From NCBI GenBank assembly GCA_030838075.1, contig JAUTXJ010000013.1, positions 1-50,495 on the forward strand: 50,495 bases of DNA, read 5' to 3'. Positions 29,279 through 39,013 of this stretch are shown here, in pieces (positions within the stretch are counted from its first letter, which is position 1; each line of letters begins with the position of its first letter). The notes beneath the pieces were generated by a model, which did no database searches, was not told where the DNA came from, and was given only the letters and a program-made list of their open reading frames with translations. This DNA comes from Acidobacteriaceae bacterium (lineage in GTDB: Bacteria > Acidobacteriota > Terriglobia > Acidiferrales > UBA7541). The position numbers and the translations under genes were made by a program.

Positions 29279-29713
29279 TCACCCTACGGGTTCGACGACC
29301 AGCTGACCCTTCATTCCGCCGTGACCGAGTCCGCAACGGTTGCAACAGTGGAATGAATAGGTTCCCGGCGTGCGCGGTACAAATTGCACTACCATGGGCG
29401 TTCCCTTCTCGAGTTTGAAGCAGTCCTCATTCGAACTAAAAACGAGCCCTGGCTCGCCTTTGGCGTCCGCCCCGTCGGGGTACAGGTTGATCTTGAAGCC
29501 GTGAGTCTTATCGAGTGATGTGAACCTCAACTGCACTGGCGCGCCGACTTTTACACGGATCGGCGACGGCGAATATTCATACTTCTTCGCGGTCACTTCT
29601 ATAACTCGTACGCTCTGATCCGATTGGGGGCCATTCGGTGGAGTGGCAGATCCTGCGCTGAGTGCAAACGCACTCAACCAAAATAGAAATGTAATTCGCA
29701 ATGTGCTATTCAC
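29279..29713 (-). CDS. Stand-alone CuA-type cupredoxin
   Basis: HGF plus C-x3-C-x3-H-x2-M (CCNRCGLGHGGM); signal peptide; GTG at 29713 after GGAG. Confidence 0.85.
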   Translation of the reverse strand: MNSTLRITFLFWLSAFALSAGSATPPNGPQSDQSVRVIEVTAKKYEYSPSPIRVKVGAPVQLRFTSLDKTHGFKINLYPDGADAKGEPGLVFSSNEDCFKLEKGTPMVVQFVPRTPGTYSFHCCNRCGLGHGGMKGQLVVEPVG

Positions 29714-29812
29714 TCGGATCTCCTGGGAATCGGATTTGTCGGCGGCCTGTTGCCAAGCGAAGTGCAAATAGCTCGCGCGTGCACCAGCACTAACCCCACC
29801 CGCAGTGACATA

Positions 29813-29837
29813 GACCAGAACGGTGCGGATTTATTTC
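29813..29837 (-). promoter_or_regulatory. ECF-type promoter GAAAT-N17-GTCT
   Basis: Minus strand GAAATAAATC...GGTCTAT, nearly identical in layout to the 29210 site. Confidence 0.6.
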
Positions 29838-29888
29838 ACCTCGGAGTCACAATAAGAACAGACCTGTATCGCCACGGGTGTTCACGGA

Positions 29889-30302
29889 TTATTCCCGGAA
29901 CATATACGGAACGTACCAGCGGGCGTAAGTTGCCACGCCCAACACAAAGACCACCCACCACAGCACTAACACTGTTCGCATCCACAGCTTGTAGTTTCTG
30001 ATGCGTAATCGCGCCGGCAACAGGCTCGTGCCGACGGCCAGCAAGATATATAAACCTCCGCCTTCCGCCAAGGTTCCTAAGGCGGCGTGCGCAGTAGCCA
30101 GAGCGTAGTAAGCCTTGCCAAGTCTCAAGGGAATACGCGGAGCGACGTGAGCAGAAAATGACGGAAGCATCGTGAAGACGATCAATAAAAGATTGACCAG
30201 CACGATGACCGATTGACACCACGCGTGTTGCGTGAAACGCTTCAGTCGCGCGAGGAGCGCACCAGCAAGCAGTCCAACTCCCATCAGCAGTTCCAAAAGC
30301 AA
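29889..30302 (-). CDS. DUF420-like membrane protein
   Basis: Four hydrophobic helices with His in HAWCQ and AHAALG. Start uncertain. Confidence 0.7.
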   Translation of the reverse strand: MLLELLMGVGLLAGALLARLKRFTQHAWCQSVIVLVNLLLIVFTMLPSFSAHVAPRIPLRLGKAYYALATAHAALGTLAEGGGLYILLAVGTSLLPARLRIRNYKLWMRTVLVLWWVVFVLGVATYARWYVPYMFRE

Positions 30303-30424
30303 AACGAGATTGGCGTAAGGAGGGCGGCAGTTGACTGGCCGCTCAAAGGACTATTCCGAGTCTGGCTGCGGTTGGTCCGATCCTGATATCTCGAAACGTG
30401 TGCCGGTGCCGGTTGCGAAATGCT

Positions 30425-30892
30425 TTAATCTCCGCCGTATGCGTCAGCCGTTGAATCATGGTCCGTCCCACCCATCACAGGGCAAGCGTCAAATTCCTTC
30501 CACGATTCCCTGCCCTTTAAAAGACTGTCTGAGTTTTTAAGCTTTACCAGGAACACCCGCTGAATCTTGCCGCTGCTTGCGTTTTCGCCCGGGCCGGCAA
30601 CGCACACGTAGACTTCGGAGGACTTCTGCTCCAACAATTTGATGTTGATTTGCGTTCCCGCCGGTGTGGCTACAACCGCCTGATTCTCGTCCAGCGAGCT
30701 TGTCATGTAGCCATAGTCGCTAAAGGTCTTCTTGTTGTGATCGCGTTTTGGCCGTATCCCAGATGGCAACGTAGTCACATCCAGCTTTTCAACTACAAGC
30801 TTTGTGACCTCGCCTTTGGGATAAGACGCGGTATTGTTTGCTGCTGCCACGGAAGCAGTGGCCAGAGCGATCATTCCGCATAACATTTTCAT
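30425..30892 (-). CDS. Hypothetical exported protein
   Basis: Signal peptide, AAGGA RBS, Cys pair in the mature part. Confidence 0.65.
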   Translation of the reverse strand: MKMLCGMIALATASVAAANNTASYPKGEVTKLVVEKLDVTTLPSGIRPKRDHNKKTFSDYGYMTSSLDENQAVVATPAGTQINIKLLEQKSSEVYVCVAGPGENASSGKIQRVFLVKLKNSDSLLKGRESWKEFDACPVMGGTDHDSTADAYGGD

Positions 30893-30992
30893 AACTGTTC
30901 TCCTTTACTTTTAAGTTTCTGTCGACACTTGTAGCTGTTAACGAATTCCTCGATGCTTAAAGCCGAATGGTGAGTTTTACGTCTCGGATGAG

Positions 30993-31448
30993 CTAGCCGG
31001 GCCCATTCACACCACTGAGAAAGCCGCCGAGATGCGCGGTCACAACGACTAGAAGGACGGCGATGGCCTCCAGCGACAGACGATAGGTGGGCAAGGACCT
31101 TTCAGGATTGCGCCGCGCCCGCAAGTGAATTAGAAACACCACCCAGATAACCACCGTGGATATGCAACCGAGTACCAAATGCATCAGCAGAATTCCTTTT
31201 AGCTTTTGGCCTTCCAGCGCCCATTGCCACGCAGCGAGCCCAGTCGCTACCACCGGCACGGTGAAGCCCGCCGCCAGCAACAAATTGAAGTACGCCGCTG
31301 CGGCCACGGTTCGACTCTTCGCCCACTGGGCGAGAAAGTCGAAGGCCACCGCCACCGTAAACAGCGCGATGGGAAAATGAATCAGCACCACATGCTGCGC
31401 GTGTTTGGCCAGCAGAACAGTCTTGAGGTCGAACGGATTTACACTCAT
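30993..31448 (-). CDS. DUF2231 membrane protein
   Basis: HVVLIHFPIAL...TG...H...AHLGG pattern. Confidence 0.85.
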   Translation of the reverse strand: MSVNPFDLKTVLLAKHAQHVVLIHFPIALFTVAVAFDFLAQWAKSRTVAAAAYFNLLLAAGFTVPVVATGLAAWQWALEGQKLKGILLMHLVLGCISTVVIWVVFLIHLRARRNPERSLPTYRLSLEAIAVLLVVVTAHLGGFLSGVNGPG

Positions 31449-31454
31449 CGACCC

Positions 31455-31814
31455 TCACTGCACTACGACTTTGCCGGTCATCTTTGGGTGAATGGAGCAG
31501 AAATATTCGTAAGTGCCGGGTTTGCTGAAAGTGAACGAAAACTTCTCGTCGGTGTCCAGCACTTTGGATTTGAACGTTTTATCGGTGCTAACGGCGGTAT
31601 GCGGAATATCGTCGCGATTTGTCCAGGTGACTGTCGTTCCCACCGAAACCTTCAGCTCCGCCGGTCCGAAACTGAAATTGTCGATTTTTACTTCTGTCGC
31701 ATCAGGTTTCTGCTGCGCGGCGGCGGATATATTCCTTTCCCCAGCGCGCAGGCCCGCGAATGCAACTCCAAACGTGGTCGCAAACAACACTGCAGTAGAC
31801 ACAATTCTCCTCAT
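31455..31814 (-). CDS. Amicyanin/plastocyanin-like blue copper protein
   Basis: WTNRDDIPHT...YFCSIHPKMTG type-1 Cu ligands. Confidence 0.92.
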   Translation of the reverse strand: MRRIVSTAVLFATTFGVAFAGLRAGERNISAAAQQKPDATEVKIDNFSFGPAELKVSVGTTVTWTNRDDIPHTAVSTDKTFKSKVLDTDEKFSFTFSKPGTYEYFCSIHPKMTGKVVVQ

Positions 31815-31869
31815 GTTTTTTCCCTCTCTTTTATTTAGCTGCTTTTTTGGAACTTTTTTGTGGTGCTTC

Positions 31870-32838
31870 TTAAGCCAGCGAAGAATCCACTACTGCCAAC
31901 GCATGCTGGCCGTGCACGTAATTCACGTCGGTGATTCCGAGCACGCTTTTCAATTGCTCGGCAGGTACTTTCATCGGGCCGGGTGACGGGGCTTTGCCAG
32001 GTTCCGGCTGCGGAAACGCGGTCGACGCGGCAGTGTGGAACGTTACGTTGCCTTCCACCTTTTGCATGGTCTGGTGGATGTGTCCATTCAAGACGGTAAC
32101 GGATCCGAACTTCTTCAGATACGCGAGCGCCTGCGCGCTGTCTTCCGTTCCCCAACCCCACTCCGGATAAACGGACCATAGTGGAATGTGCGCGAACACC
32201 ACGATCGGAGTGCTGCTCTTCAGGTGCTTGACGTCATCTTCCATCCATTCGAGTTGATCGTGTCCCAGCGTGCCTAGTCCCCCGGCCTTCAAGTTCAGCA
32301 CGTTGACCAGCCCGATAAAGTGGACACCCTTCTTGTCGAAGCTGTACCATCCGGCGCCCTTGGTGTTTTTTCCGTAGCGCTCCAGGTACTGCTTGCCGTC
32401 GTCGTTCAGCATGTCGTGCTCGCCGGGGACGTAAAAAATATCTTTAGGAGTGGCGCCTTTCAAAATTTGATCCACGGTGTCGAACTCTTCTGGCTTCGAG
32501 AGATGGCTGATGTCGCCGGTGTGCAACATGAATTCTGCTGGTGTCGACAAGGCGTTGACCTTGTCAATCGCCGTCTTCAACGTCCCGACCACATCCGGGT
32601 TCGCGGCTTTGTTGAAGCCCATGTGGCTATCGCTGATCTGCACGAAGCTCAGCTCGCCCTTTCCTACTTTGCCGCCCATCTGCGCCATTTGGCTCATGCT
32701 ATAGGACTTCAAAACTCCGCCTTGCATGATGCAGAAGGCGCCTGTTCCCGCCCACGCCATACACTTCAAGAACCCACGCCGGTCGACGCCATCGTGGTTG
32801 TGATCGTGAAGCAGCTCATCTTTAGACTTTGCAGTCAT
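31870..32838 (-). CDS. Tat-exported metallophosphoesterase
   Basis: DRRGFLK; SDSH, TGD, PGEHD, FAH and GHIH motifs. Confidence 0.92.
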   Translation of the reverse strand: MTAKSKDELLHDHNHDGVDRRGFLKCMAWAGTGAFCIMQGGVLKSYSMSQMAQMGGKVGKGELSFVQISDSHMGFNKAANPDVVGTLKTAIDKVNALSTPAEFMLHTGDISHLSKPEEFDTVDQILKGATPKDIFYVPGEHDMLNDDGKQYLERYGKNTKGAGWYSFDKKGVHFIGLVNVLNLKAGGLGTLGHDQLEWMEDDVKHLKSSTPIVVFAHIPLWSVYPEWGWGTEDSAQALAYLKKFGSVTVLNGHIHQTMQKVEGNVTFHTAASTAFPQPEPGKAPSPGPMKVPAEQLKSVLGITDVNYVHGQHALAVVDSSLA

Positions 32839-32981
32839 TAATTCCTCCTGTACTTACATTTCTATAATTTTTTGTGTCGTTCAATTTCGGCATCGTCCGG
32901 ATGTAGCGCTGTGAAGCGAGCGGCGCAGGTTCTGGAATCGAGGGGTTTCTGCGCCGCTCGTGGACGTGTTTCATGTATGCA

Positions 32982-33095
32982 GACCAGAGGGGTCCACTTT
33001 TTATTCCATCGACGCGCCGGTGATCTTTTCTGCAAGGTTTAAGAAATTTTAAGAAATAAGAACGAAAAGGGAATAAAGTCAGGCCTCGGGGAGTT
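32982..33095. promoter_or_regulatory. Divergent pair of ECF promoters
   Basis: Minus strand GGAATAAA (33007-33000) with GTCT at 32984; plus strand GGAATAAA (33070-33077) with GTTC at 33093; both GGAAT-N18-GTY. Confidence 0.7.
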
Positions 33096-33102
33096 CCTAA
33101 TA

Positions 33103-33669
33103 GTGAGCAATCCTGTCCAAGGGAAAGGTTCGGACGTGCTGGACTCACAGGAGCAGGTGCGCTTCGAGACGTTGGTGCTGCCGCATCTCGATGCCGCTTT
33201 CAATCTGGCCCGCTGGCTGTTGCGCAGCCGTGCCGACGCCGAAGACGCCGCACAGGAAGCACTGTTGCGGGCGTACCGTTTCTTCCATGGTTTTCATGGC
33301 GGGGATGCCCGGGCCTGGCTCCTGCAAATCGTCCGGAATACCTGTTACACCTGGCTAGACAAAAATCGCAAGGCCAAAGATATGACCGAATTCAATGAAG
33401 AAGTGCACGGGCTGCCAAGCCCTTCACCTGAAACACTGGCCATCGCCAGCAATGACCGCGACCGCCTGTCTGAGGCGCTGAAGGCTTTGCCGCCGCGGTA
33501 CCGCGAGGTCATTGTGCTCCGCGAGCTGGAAGGATGTTCCTACAAAGAGATTGCCTCGATTACCTCGATTCCCATCGGGACGGTGATGTCCACTCTTTCG
33601 CGCGCCCGTAGGCAGCTTCAGATGGCACTAAGTAATGTTGCGCCCAAGGAGGCCACCCATGGCGTGTGA
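33103..33669 (+). CDS. ECF sigma-70 factor
   Basis: HLDAAFNLARWL, AEDAAQEA, AWLLQIVRN, SYKEIA...GTVMSTLSRAR. Confidence 0.95.
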   Translation: MSNPVQGKGSDVLDSQEQVRFETLVLPHLDAAFNLARWLLRSRADAEDAAQEALLRAYRFFHGFHGGDARAWLLQIVRNTCYTWLDKNRKAKDMTEFNEEVHGLPSPSPETLAIASNDRDRLSEALKALPPRYREVIVLRELEGCSYKEIASITSIPIGTVMSTLSRARRQLQMALSNVAPKEATHGV

Positions 33670-34414
33670 ACGCGCCGATACCTTGGTTCACGGTTACTTC
33701 GACAATGAATTGGACGCGCTCAGGGCCGCTGAATTCGAGAGTCATCTCGAACAGTGCCCAGAATGCGTTGCCGCATTGGATGCTCTGGAGTCTCTGCGCT
33801 CGACCATAAACGTCGCGCAACCCTACGAAAAGATGTCTCCGGCGTTGCGCAAGAAGATTCTGGCCGACCTTCATGTCAAGGGCGCTTCGGTGAAGGCCCC
33901 ATTGCGTGCCACGACCGATTGGCGATGGCTAGCCGTGGCGGCCGCATTTCTGTTGTTAATTTACGGCGGGTGGCGAGTCGTGTCTGTCAACCGCTCGGAC
34001 AGCCGCGAAACCATGATGGCCAGCAAGATCGTCGACGCGCACCTGCGATCGCTGCAACCAGGTCACCTGGAAGATGTCATCTCTACCGATCAACACACCG
34101 TCAAACCTTGGTTCGACGGCAAAGTAGACTTTGCTCCGCCAGTCCGCGATTTTGCGGAACAGGGTTATCCACTCCAAGGCGGGCGTCTTGATGTGGTCGA
34201 CAACCGCACCGTCGCAGCACTGGTGTATGGCCGTCGCAAACATCTAGTGAACGTTTTTATTTGGCCTACTTCTGAAAAAGACGCGGCTCCGCGCACCGGC
34301 TCGATCCAAGGGTACCAGTGGATCGATTGGCGCAAACAAGGCATGGAATTCTACGCCGTCTCCGACGCCGCAGCGCCTGACCTCCAGCTGCTTCAGGGTC
34401 TATTCTCTAACTAA
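33659..34414 (+). CDS. Zinc-binding anti-sigma factor (ZAS) with TM helix
   Basis: HLEQCPEC (HxxxCxxC), TM helix, DQHTVKPWFDGK; overlaps the sigma gene. Confidence 0.92.
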   Translation: MACERADTLVHGYFDNELDALRAAEFESHLEQCPECVAALDALESLRSTINVAQPYEKMSPALRKKILADLHVKGASVKAPLRATTDWRWLAVAAAFLLLIYGGWRVVSVNRSDSRETMMASKIVDAHLRSLQPGHLEDVISTDQHTVKPWFDGKVDFAPPVRDFAEQGYPLQGGRLDVVDNRTVAALVYGRRKHLVNVFIWPTSEKDAAPRTGSIQGYQWIDWRKQGMEFYAVSDAAAPDLQLLQGLFSN

Positions 34415-34620
34415 TCCTAGCCCCCGTTCCCGGACGCAAGTGGGTCGGTAACAAACCCCCGGCCTATGAGTTCCCATCAACGGGAACGGCATCGTAACGA
34501 TTCCGGCCCCTAAGAATGAAGGATGGAGTCTATAAATTGTTCTAGATCCATCCCTCTCTGAAGAACAGTCGATGTGATATGTAGGGCCGGGTAAAACTTG
34601 TACTTTGATCGCTGCCGTTA

Positions 34621-35184
34621 CTAATTCAACCTTGACGCCAAAGTGCTCTTGTCGTCGCCGGTTTTCTGCGCGACCACCGCGGACGACCCACAAGCTCCGT
34701 AATTATCGACCCGCTGATGAGCATTGAAGGCGTTGACACCAGACTTTTCGTTTAACACCGCGCCCTGCAATTCAACGCGCTGCCCAGGCTGCACTTTCGT
34801 GCTGCCACTGGAGAGAATGGTATAAGTCAGATTGTCATTTTCGTTCTTTAACGTGAGTCCACTTAACGAAGACTGTGTGCAGCCGATGATCGACGCTTCG
34901 GACTTGGGTGATTGAGCAGCCTGAGCAGCTTCGTTGGCCTTGACGTGGCGGTGATGCATGTACAACGCTACGCCGACCGCGGCGCCTGCTGCAGCTCCTA
35001 CTCCGATGCCAATCGCCTTACCATTGCCGTAACTGTAATTAGTTCCTGGGGCCGCCATATTACCCGTTCCAGTAGCGCCGGGCATTCCGGCGGTTCCACC
35101 GCCATATTGAGCGGATGCCGTAGTGCCCACCGCGAGACAAAACAAAACGACTCCTGAGATTTTACCTAGTGATTGTGAAAACAT
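34621..35184 (-). CDS. Hypothetical membrane-associated protein
   Basis: Signal peptide, Gly-rich segment, second hydrophobic helix, small C-terminal domain with two Cys. Confidence 0.7.
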   Translation of the reverse strand: MFSQSLGKISGVVLFCLAVGTTASAQYGGGTAGMPGATGTGNMAAPGTNYSYGNGKAIGIGVGAAAGAAVGVALYMHHRHVKANEAAQAAQSPKSEASIIGCTQSSLSGLTLKNENDNLTYTILSSGSTKVQPGQRVELQGAVLNEKSGVNAFNAHQRVDNYGACGSSAVVAQKTGDDKSTLASRLN

Positions 35185-35388
35185 AATTTAGGTTTTTCCT
35201 CTCTGAGATTGATTGGAGGCCAGAAACTCTTCCAACCGCCGGCTCTCTTCAGTGGGAATTGTGCTTGGCGGGAAGATCAAGGTTGTCGCGGTACGGCAAA
35301 AACGTTGTCAACAAGCGGCCACTAAATTGTCCCAAGGCGCGCTGGGCCGATAGATGCAAAAACTCGAATGTTTACGCTGTAAAGAATC

Positions 35389-37149
35389 TCAAAGGCTAAT
35401 TGCGTGGGCGGCTTCGTGAATGACTTGTGGCACGCGGGGCAACCTGACCAGGAACGTCGTTCCTGACATGGAAGTCTCTTCCACCGCCACGGAACCGCCG
35501 TGGTCATGAATTACTTTGCTGACTATGGCCAGCCCCAAACCGGTTCCATTTGATTTTCCGAAACTCACAAATGGATCGAACAACGACTGGCAAATGGCCG
35601 ACGGTACTCCGGTGCCGTGATCGATTACCCGAATCTCAAACAGCGTGGACGAGGAATGCAGCTCAATCTCGATTTCACCTTGCGTAGTGACGGAAGCCTC
35701 ACAAGCATTCAGCACCAGATTAAAAAAAGCACGTTCAATCTTTTGCGGATCAAAGGTGCCCCGCATGTCTCCGGTGGTTCGAATCAAGATTTCCCGGTTG
35801 CGCATTTCTGGCCGCGCCCGGACGGCATCCACGGCGTGACGAATGGTGTTATCGATGGCGGCGGGACGTAGCGAAATGGAGCCTTCCCCGCGAGATAGTT
35901 CGCGTAGCGAATCCAGCAGGTCCGTCATTTGCTCCGACGCCGTTTTAATTTCGCCGTAGATGTCGTCCCGATTGAGCTTTAACTTTTCCGCTTCATAAAG
36001 AAATTCTGCATTCGCCACCACGGCGGCCAGGTAGTGCCGCAAATCGTGAGATATGGAACTGGCCGCCCTACCAAGCGCAGTGATTCTTTCGGTAGCAAAG
36101 CGCCGCTGCTCCGCAGCTAGCAATTCACCGCGCATTTTGGAAAAAGCTTCGCCCAGTTCCGCGACTTCGCTGCTGCCTCGAGGATTAATGGAATAGACGT
36201 AGTCCCCACCTGCCAACGCTCGAACGCCCGCGACCAGATCATCAAGTGGATGTGTGATGGTGCGCGAAACGAAACTGAGCAGCAGCCCGGCCAACACAAT
36301 GGCAGACACGCCCAAAAGGATAATGGTGCGATTCAACCGCCGCAGAAAGGCATTGGCAGGTTCGAGTGACATAAGTACATAACACCGCACATCCGCCGGC
36401 GGCCCTGCGTGCAGCAACACATCGGCAGCCTGGTAGGAACTTGCGCCCAGCTCCAGCTCTTGAGACTTGGTGGACCCGGCCCAATCCGTTCGCATCTGGC
36501 CGAGCGCCTTCTGCTCCCGAGCAGAGAGAGTTGTAGCAATGATTTGATCGCCGGTCACCAGCGCGATCTGGCTCCCCGACGCCAGCGACAATTGTGCGGC
36601 AACGCTCGAATCGATTTGATAGCCAACCGCGATGATCCCGACCTGTCTCTGGTTATTCCCGGCCCCCGCAAAAATGGTATGGAGGAACACGCGGTACAGT
36701 TGGCCTTGGCCGTACCACCACGCCGAATCGTCGCCCTGCTCAATGGACCTCTTGAGACTGGTCTCCGCGAGTGTCGCATCCCATCCGTGCTCGGAGACGT
36801 GAAAACCATAAATCTGCCCATCCGGGCTGGACAACACGAAGAGTTGGCTGCCGGCCAGCTTCCAGAACGGCTCCGAGGCGTCTTGAATCGTCAGCGCGTG
36901 CTGCGTTGCCAGTACGGCTTTGAGGGGCGGCAATTCAGCCATCAAGGCTGCCGTCCGCGAAAGTTCAATGTCGCGCTGCCGTTGCACATTTTCAAACGCG
37001 TGCAGTGAGACGTCCGTACTTTGTTGCACGCCATCGGCAATCTCCGCGCGCACAATGTGCCGAACGATTACTAGCAGTGATCCAATCAGTGCGCAGATGA
37101 TCAGCAGCGTGCCCACGAGAAGCTGGGTGCGCAATCGCAGGCGCGCCAT
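35389..37149 (-). CDS. Sensor histidine kinase (periplasmic domain, HAMP)
   Basis: SISHDLRH H-box, NLVLNACEA, DHGTG, GTGLGL; ATG at 37149 after GGAG. Confidence 0.95.
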   Translation of the reverse strand: MARLRLRTQLLVGTLLIICALIGSLLVIVRHIVRAEIADGVQQSTDVSLHAFENVQRQRDIELSRTAALMAELPPLKAVLATQHALTIQDASEPFWKLAGSQLFVLSSPDGQIYGFHVSEHGWDATLAETSLKRSIEQGDDSAWWYGQGQLYRVFLHTIFAGAGNNQRQVGIIAVGYQIDSSVAAQLSLASGSQIALVTGDQIIATTLSAREQKALGQMRTDWAGSTKSQELELGASSYQAADVLLHAGPPADVRCYVLMSLEPANAFLRRLNRTIILLGVSAIVLAGLLLSFVSRTITHPLDDLVAGVRALAGGDYVYSINPRGSSEVAELGEAFSKMRGELLAAEQRRFATERITALGRAASSISHDLRHYLAAVVANAEFLYEAEKLKLNRDDIYGEIKTASEQMTDLLDSLRELSRGEGSISLRPAAIDNTIRHAVDAVRARPEMRNREILIRTTGDMRGTFDPQKIERAFFNLVLNACEASVTTQGEIEIELHSSSTLFEIRVIDHGTGVPSAICQSLFDPFVSFGKSNGTGLGLAIVSKVIHDHGGSVAVEETSMSGTTFLVRLPRVPQVIHEAAHAISL

Positions 37150-37169
37150 GAGTCTCCAGGCGGGCGGCA

Positions 37170-37895
37170 TTACTTCTCGGAAGCGAGCCCCGAATCGGTA
37201 GGTGAGAACTTGTAGCCGGAGCCATGCATGGTGAGGAAGTAGCGCGGATTTGCCGGGTCCGGCTCGAGTTTTTGCCGCAGACGCAATACGTGATTATCCA
37301 CGGTTCGGGTGGTCGGATAATTCTGGTAGCCCCAGACTTCGTTCAGCAATTCCTCCCTTGAAATAACACGCGAGGGAGAATTTGCGAAGTATTTCAGGAG
37401 CTTGTATTCCTGCGCTGTAAAGGTGAGCGATTTTGCGCCGCGGGTAGCCACCATGCTGGTAAAGTCCACCAATACTTCGTCGAAGGCAAGTACATCGTGT
37501 TGGCTTCCGGGACCTGACGCCTCTGCGATCTGCCCACTGCGGCGCATCGCGCGTCGAACCCGCGCAAGTAGTTCCTTGGGGCTGAACGGCTTGGTTACGT
37601 AGTCATCCGCGCCCAGTTCGAGCAAGAGTACTTTGTCTTCCACTTCATTGTTGGCGCTCAGCACAATCACCGGGACAGATGCCGCATGAGCCTTGAACGC
37701 CCGGCAGACTTCCTTGCCAGGCATGTACGGAAGTTTCAGATCCAGCACTACCACGTTGGGGATTTGCTTTCGGAAGGTATCCAGGCCGGCGACGCCGTCC
37801 GAAGCGATCTGCACCGTAAAACCGTCAGCTTCGAACAAGCGCTGCAAGGTTCGTTGCATTGGACGGCTATCTTCGACTACCAGTACCGTATCCAT
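37170..37895 (-). CDS. OmpR/PhoB-family response regulator
   Basis: VLVVEDS, VVLDLKLP, GADDYVTKPF, RTVDNHVLRLRQKLE. Confidence 0.95.
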   Translation of the reverse strand: MDTVLVVEDSRPMQRTLQRLFEADGFTVQIASDGVAGLDTFRKQIPNVVVLDLKLPYMPGKEVCRAFKAHAASVPVIVLSANNEVEDKVLLLELGADDYVTKPFSPKELLARVRRAMRRSGQIAEASGPGSQHDVLAFDEVLVDFTSMVATRGAKSLTFTAQEYKLLKYFANSPSRVISREELLNEVWGYQNYPTTRTVDNHVLRLRQKLEPDPANPRYFLTMHGSGYKFSPTDSGLASEK

Positions 37896-38126
37896 GGTTT
37901 CCTTTTGGACCGGACGGCAAACATCCCGTCCCGCAGCTACGCTTTGCGGTAGAACGGTAGCGTTATTATACAACTACGCTCCAGACCAGCTTTGGTTTCT
38001 ATTTCTTGCCGAGCAGTGCCCGCAAAGACCGCTTGGTCATCCAGTAGACGGCCAAGGCGTTAAATTTATTCCATTCGCATCAAGACTGCCCGGCAGGACC
38101 AAAAATAAGGTATTCCGGGTGACGCC

Positions 38127-38166
38127 TTGTCAGCGCGGTGTTGGGAGATTGTCAACAAATTGTAAA
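38127..38166. promoter_or_regulatory. 11-bp-phased direct repeats (Pho-box-like) upstream of the response regulator
   Basis: TTGTCAG (38127), GTGTTGG (38138), TTGTCAA (38149), TTGTAAA (38160). Confidence 0.55.
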
Positions 38167-38232
38167 ATCGCAGTTTTAGAACAACTTACGAGCCTGGGCG
38201 GCGCTTCGCCTGCTCTGACATGCAGCTTTCAA

Positions 38233-39000
38233 TCACGGGTGCCCGTAGTCGGGATTAGGAGGCGGAACGTAATCGAGTCCGTATTTGTTTTTGTGCGCCA
38301 GCGTGAAATTGGGGATCTCCGTAAGGTGTAACAGCCCCAGACTCCGCGAAGAGTCCGAAACCGTTACCACCCGCGTCAACTCTTGCAATTGCTCCGGCGC
38401 GCTACGTTCGTACCACACGTGCATTTCATACCGCCCGTCCGGAACGTTGTGAATGGTCACGTTTCCGTTGCGGTCCGACAGTGCAAAATAAGGCGTATCG
38501 ACCGACAACACCACCGCGCTCATTTCCGCATGGATGTTGCAGAACAAGAAGCTCACGCCCGGACGGTCGAACCTGACGCTACGCTTGGTCCCTGACTCAT
38601 ACAACCCCAGATCAAAACGCCGTCCATCGTAAAGCGAAAAAATATTGTGAAAGAAGGGATCCTGGTTCGGGAATTCAACCATGGTCCCCAGCCGCACAAT
38701 TAACACATGGGGCTCGAAAGTCTTGTTCCGTTGCACTAGTTTCGGGGAATTTGGCAACCTGCTGGAGACTGGGACAGCCGCGCCCATCGGATCAAGAGGC
38801 ACCAGCCAGATCGCCACGTTGGAGATATCCGGCGCTTTGCTTCCCGAGGTTTTCGACCCGTCTTTCGCGACATCTTTCGAGTCGGACCGCGTAACCGTAA
38901 CTTTCGCGGAAACTATTTTTTGTTGCGCGCAAATTTGCGACCCGCCCAAATACCCTGCCAGCAGGATCAAACTGCCGAGCGCCTTGAAAAACTTGCTCAT
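38233..39000 (-). CDS. Exported cupredoxin-like / carboxypeptidase-regulatory-like domain protein
   Basis: FPNQDPFFHNIFS...LFCNIHAEMSA (H, C, H, M ligands). Confidence 0.8.
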   Translation of the reverse strand: MSKFFKALGSLILLAGYLGGSQICAQQKIVSAKVTVTRSDSKDVAKDGSKTSGSKAPDISNVAIWLVPLDPMGAAVPVSSRLPNSPKLVQRNKTFEPHVLIVRLGTMVEFPNQDPFFHNIFSLYDGRRFDLGLYESGTKRSVRFDRPGVSFLFCNIHAEMSAVVLSVDTPYFALSDRNGNVTIHNVPDGRYEMHVWYERSAPEQLQELTRVVTVSDSSRSLGLLHLTEIPNFTLAHKNKYGLDYVPPPNPDYGHP

Positions 39001-39013
39001 CTTGCGGCCCACA

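Noticed and set aside
30303-30345. Possible frameshifted N-terminus (TAAP-x-YANL) of the DUF420 gene
   Set aside because: It rests on recalled homolog sequence only and overlaps a good ECF promoter match (30333-30357). It cannot be decided without an alignment.
34521-34553. Imperfect inverted repeat GGATGGA...TCCATCC between convergent genes
   Set aside because: Weak stem with no U-tract; not enough to call a terminator or ncRNA.
37693-38331. 212-aa plus-strand ORF
   Set aside because: Overlaps two real minus-strand genes and their promoter region; no recognisable motif.
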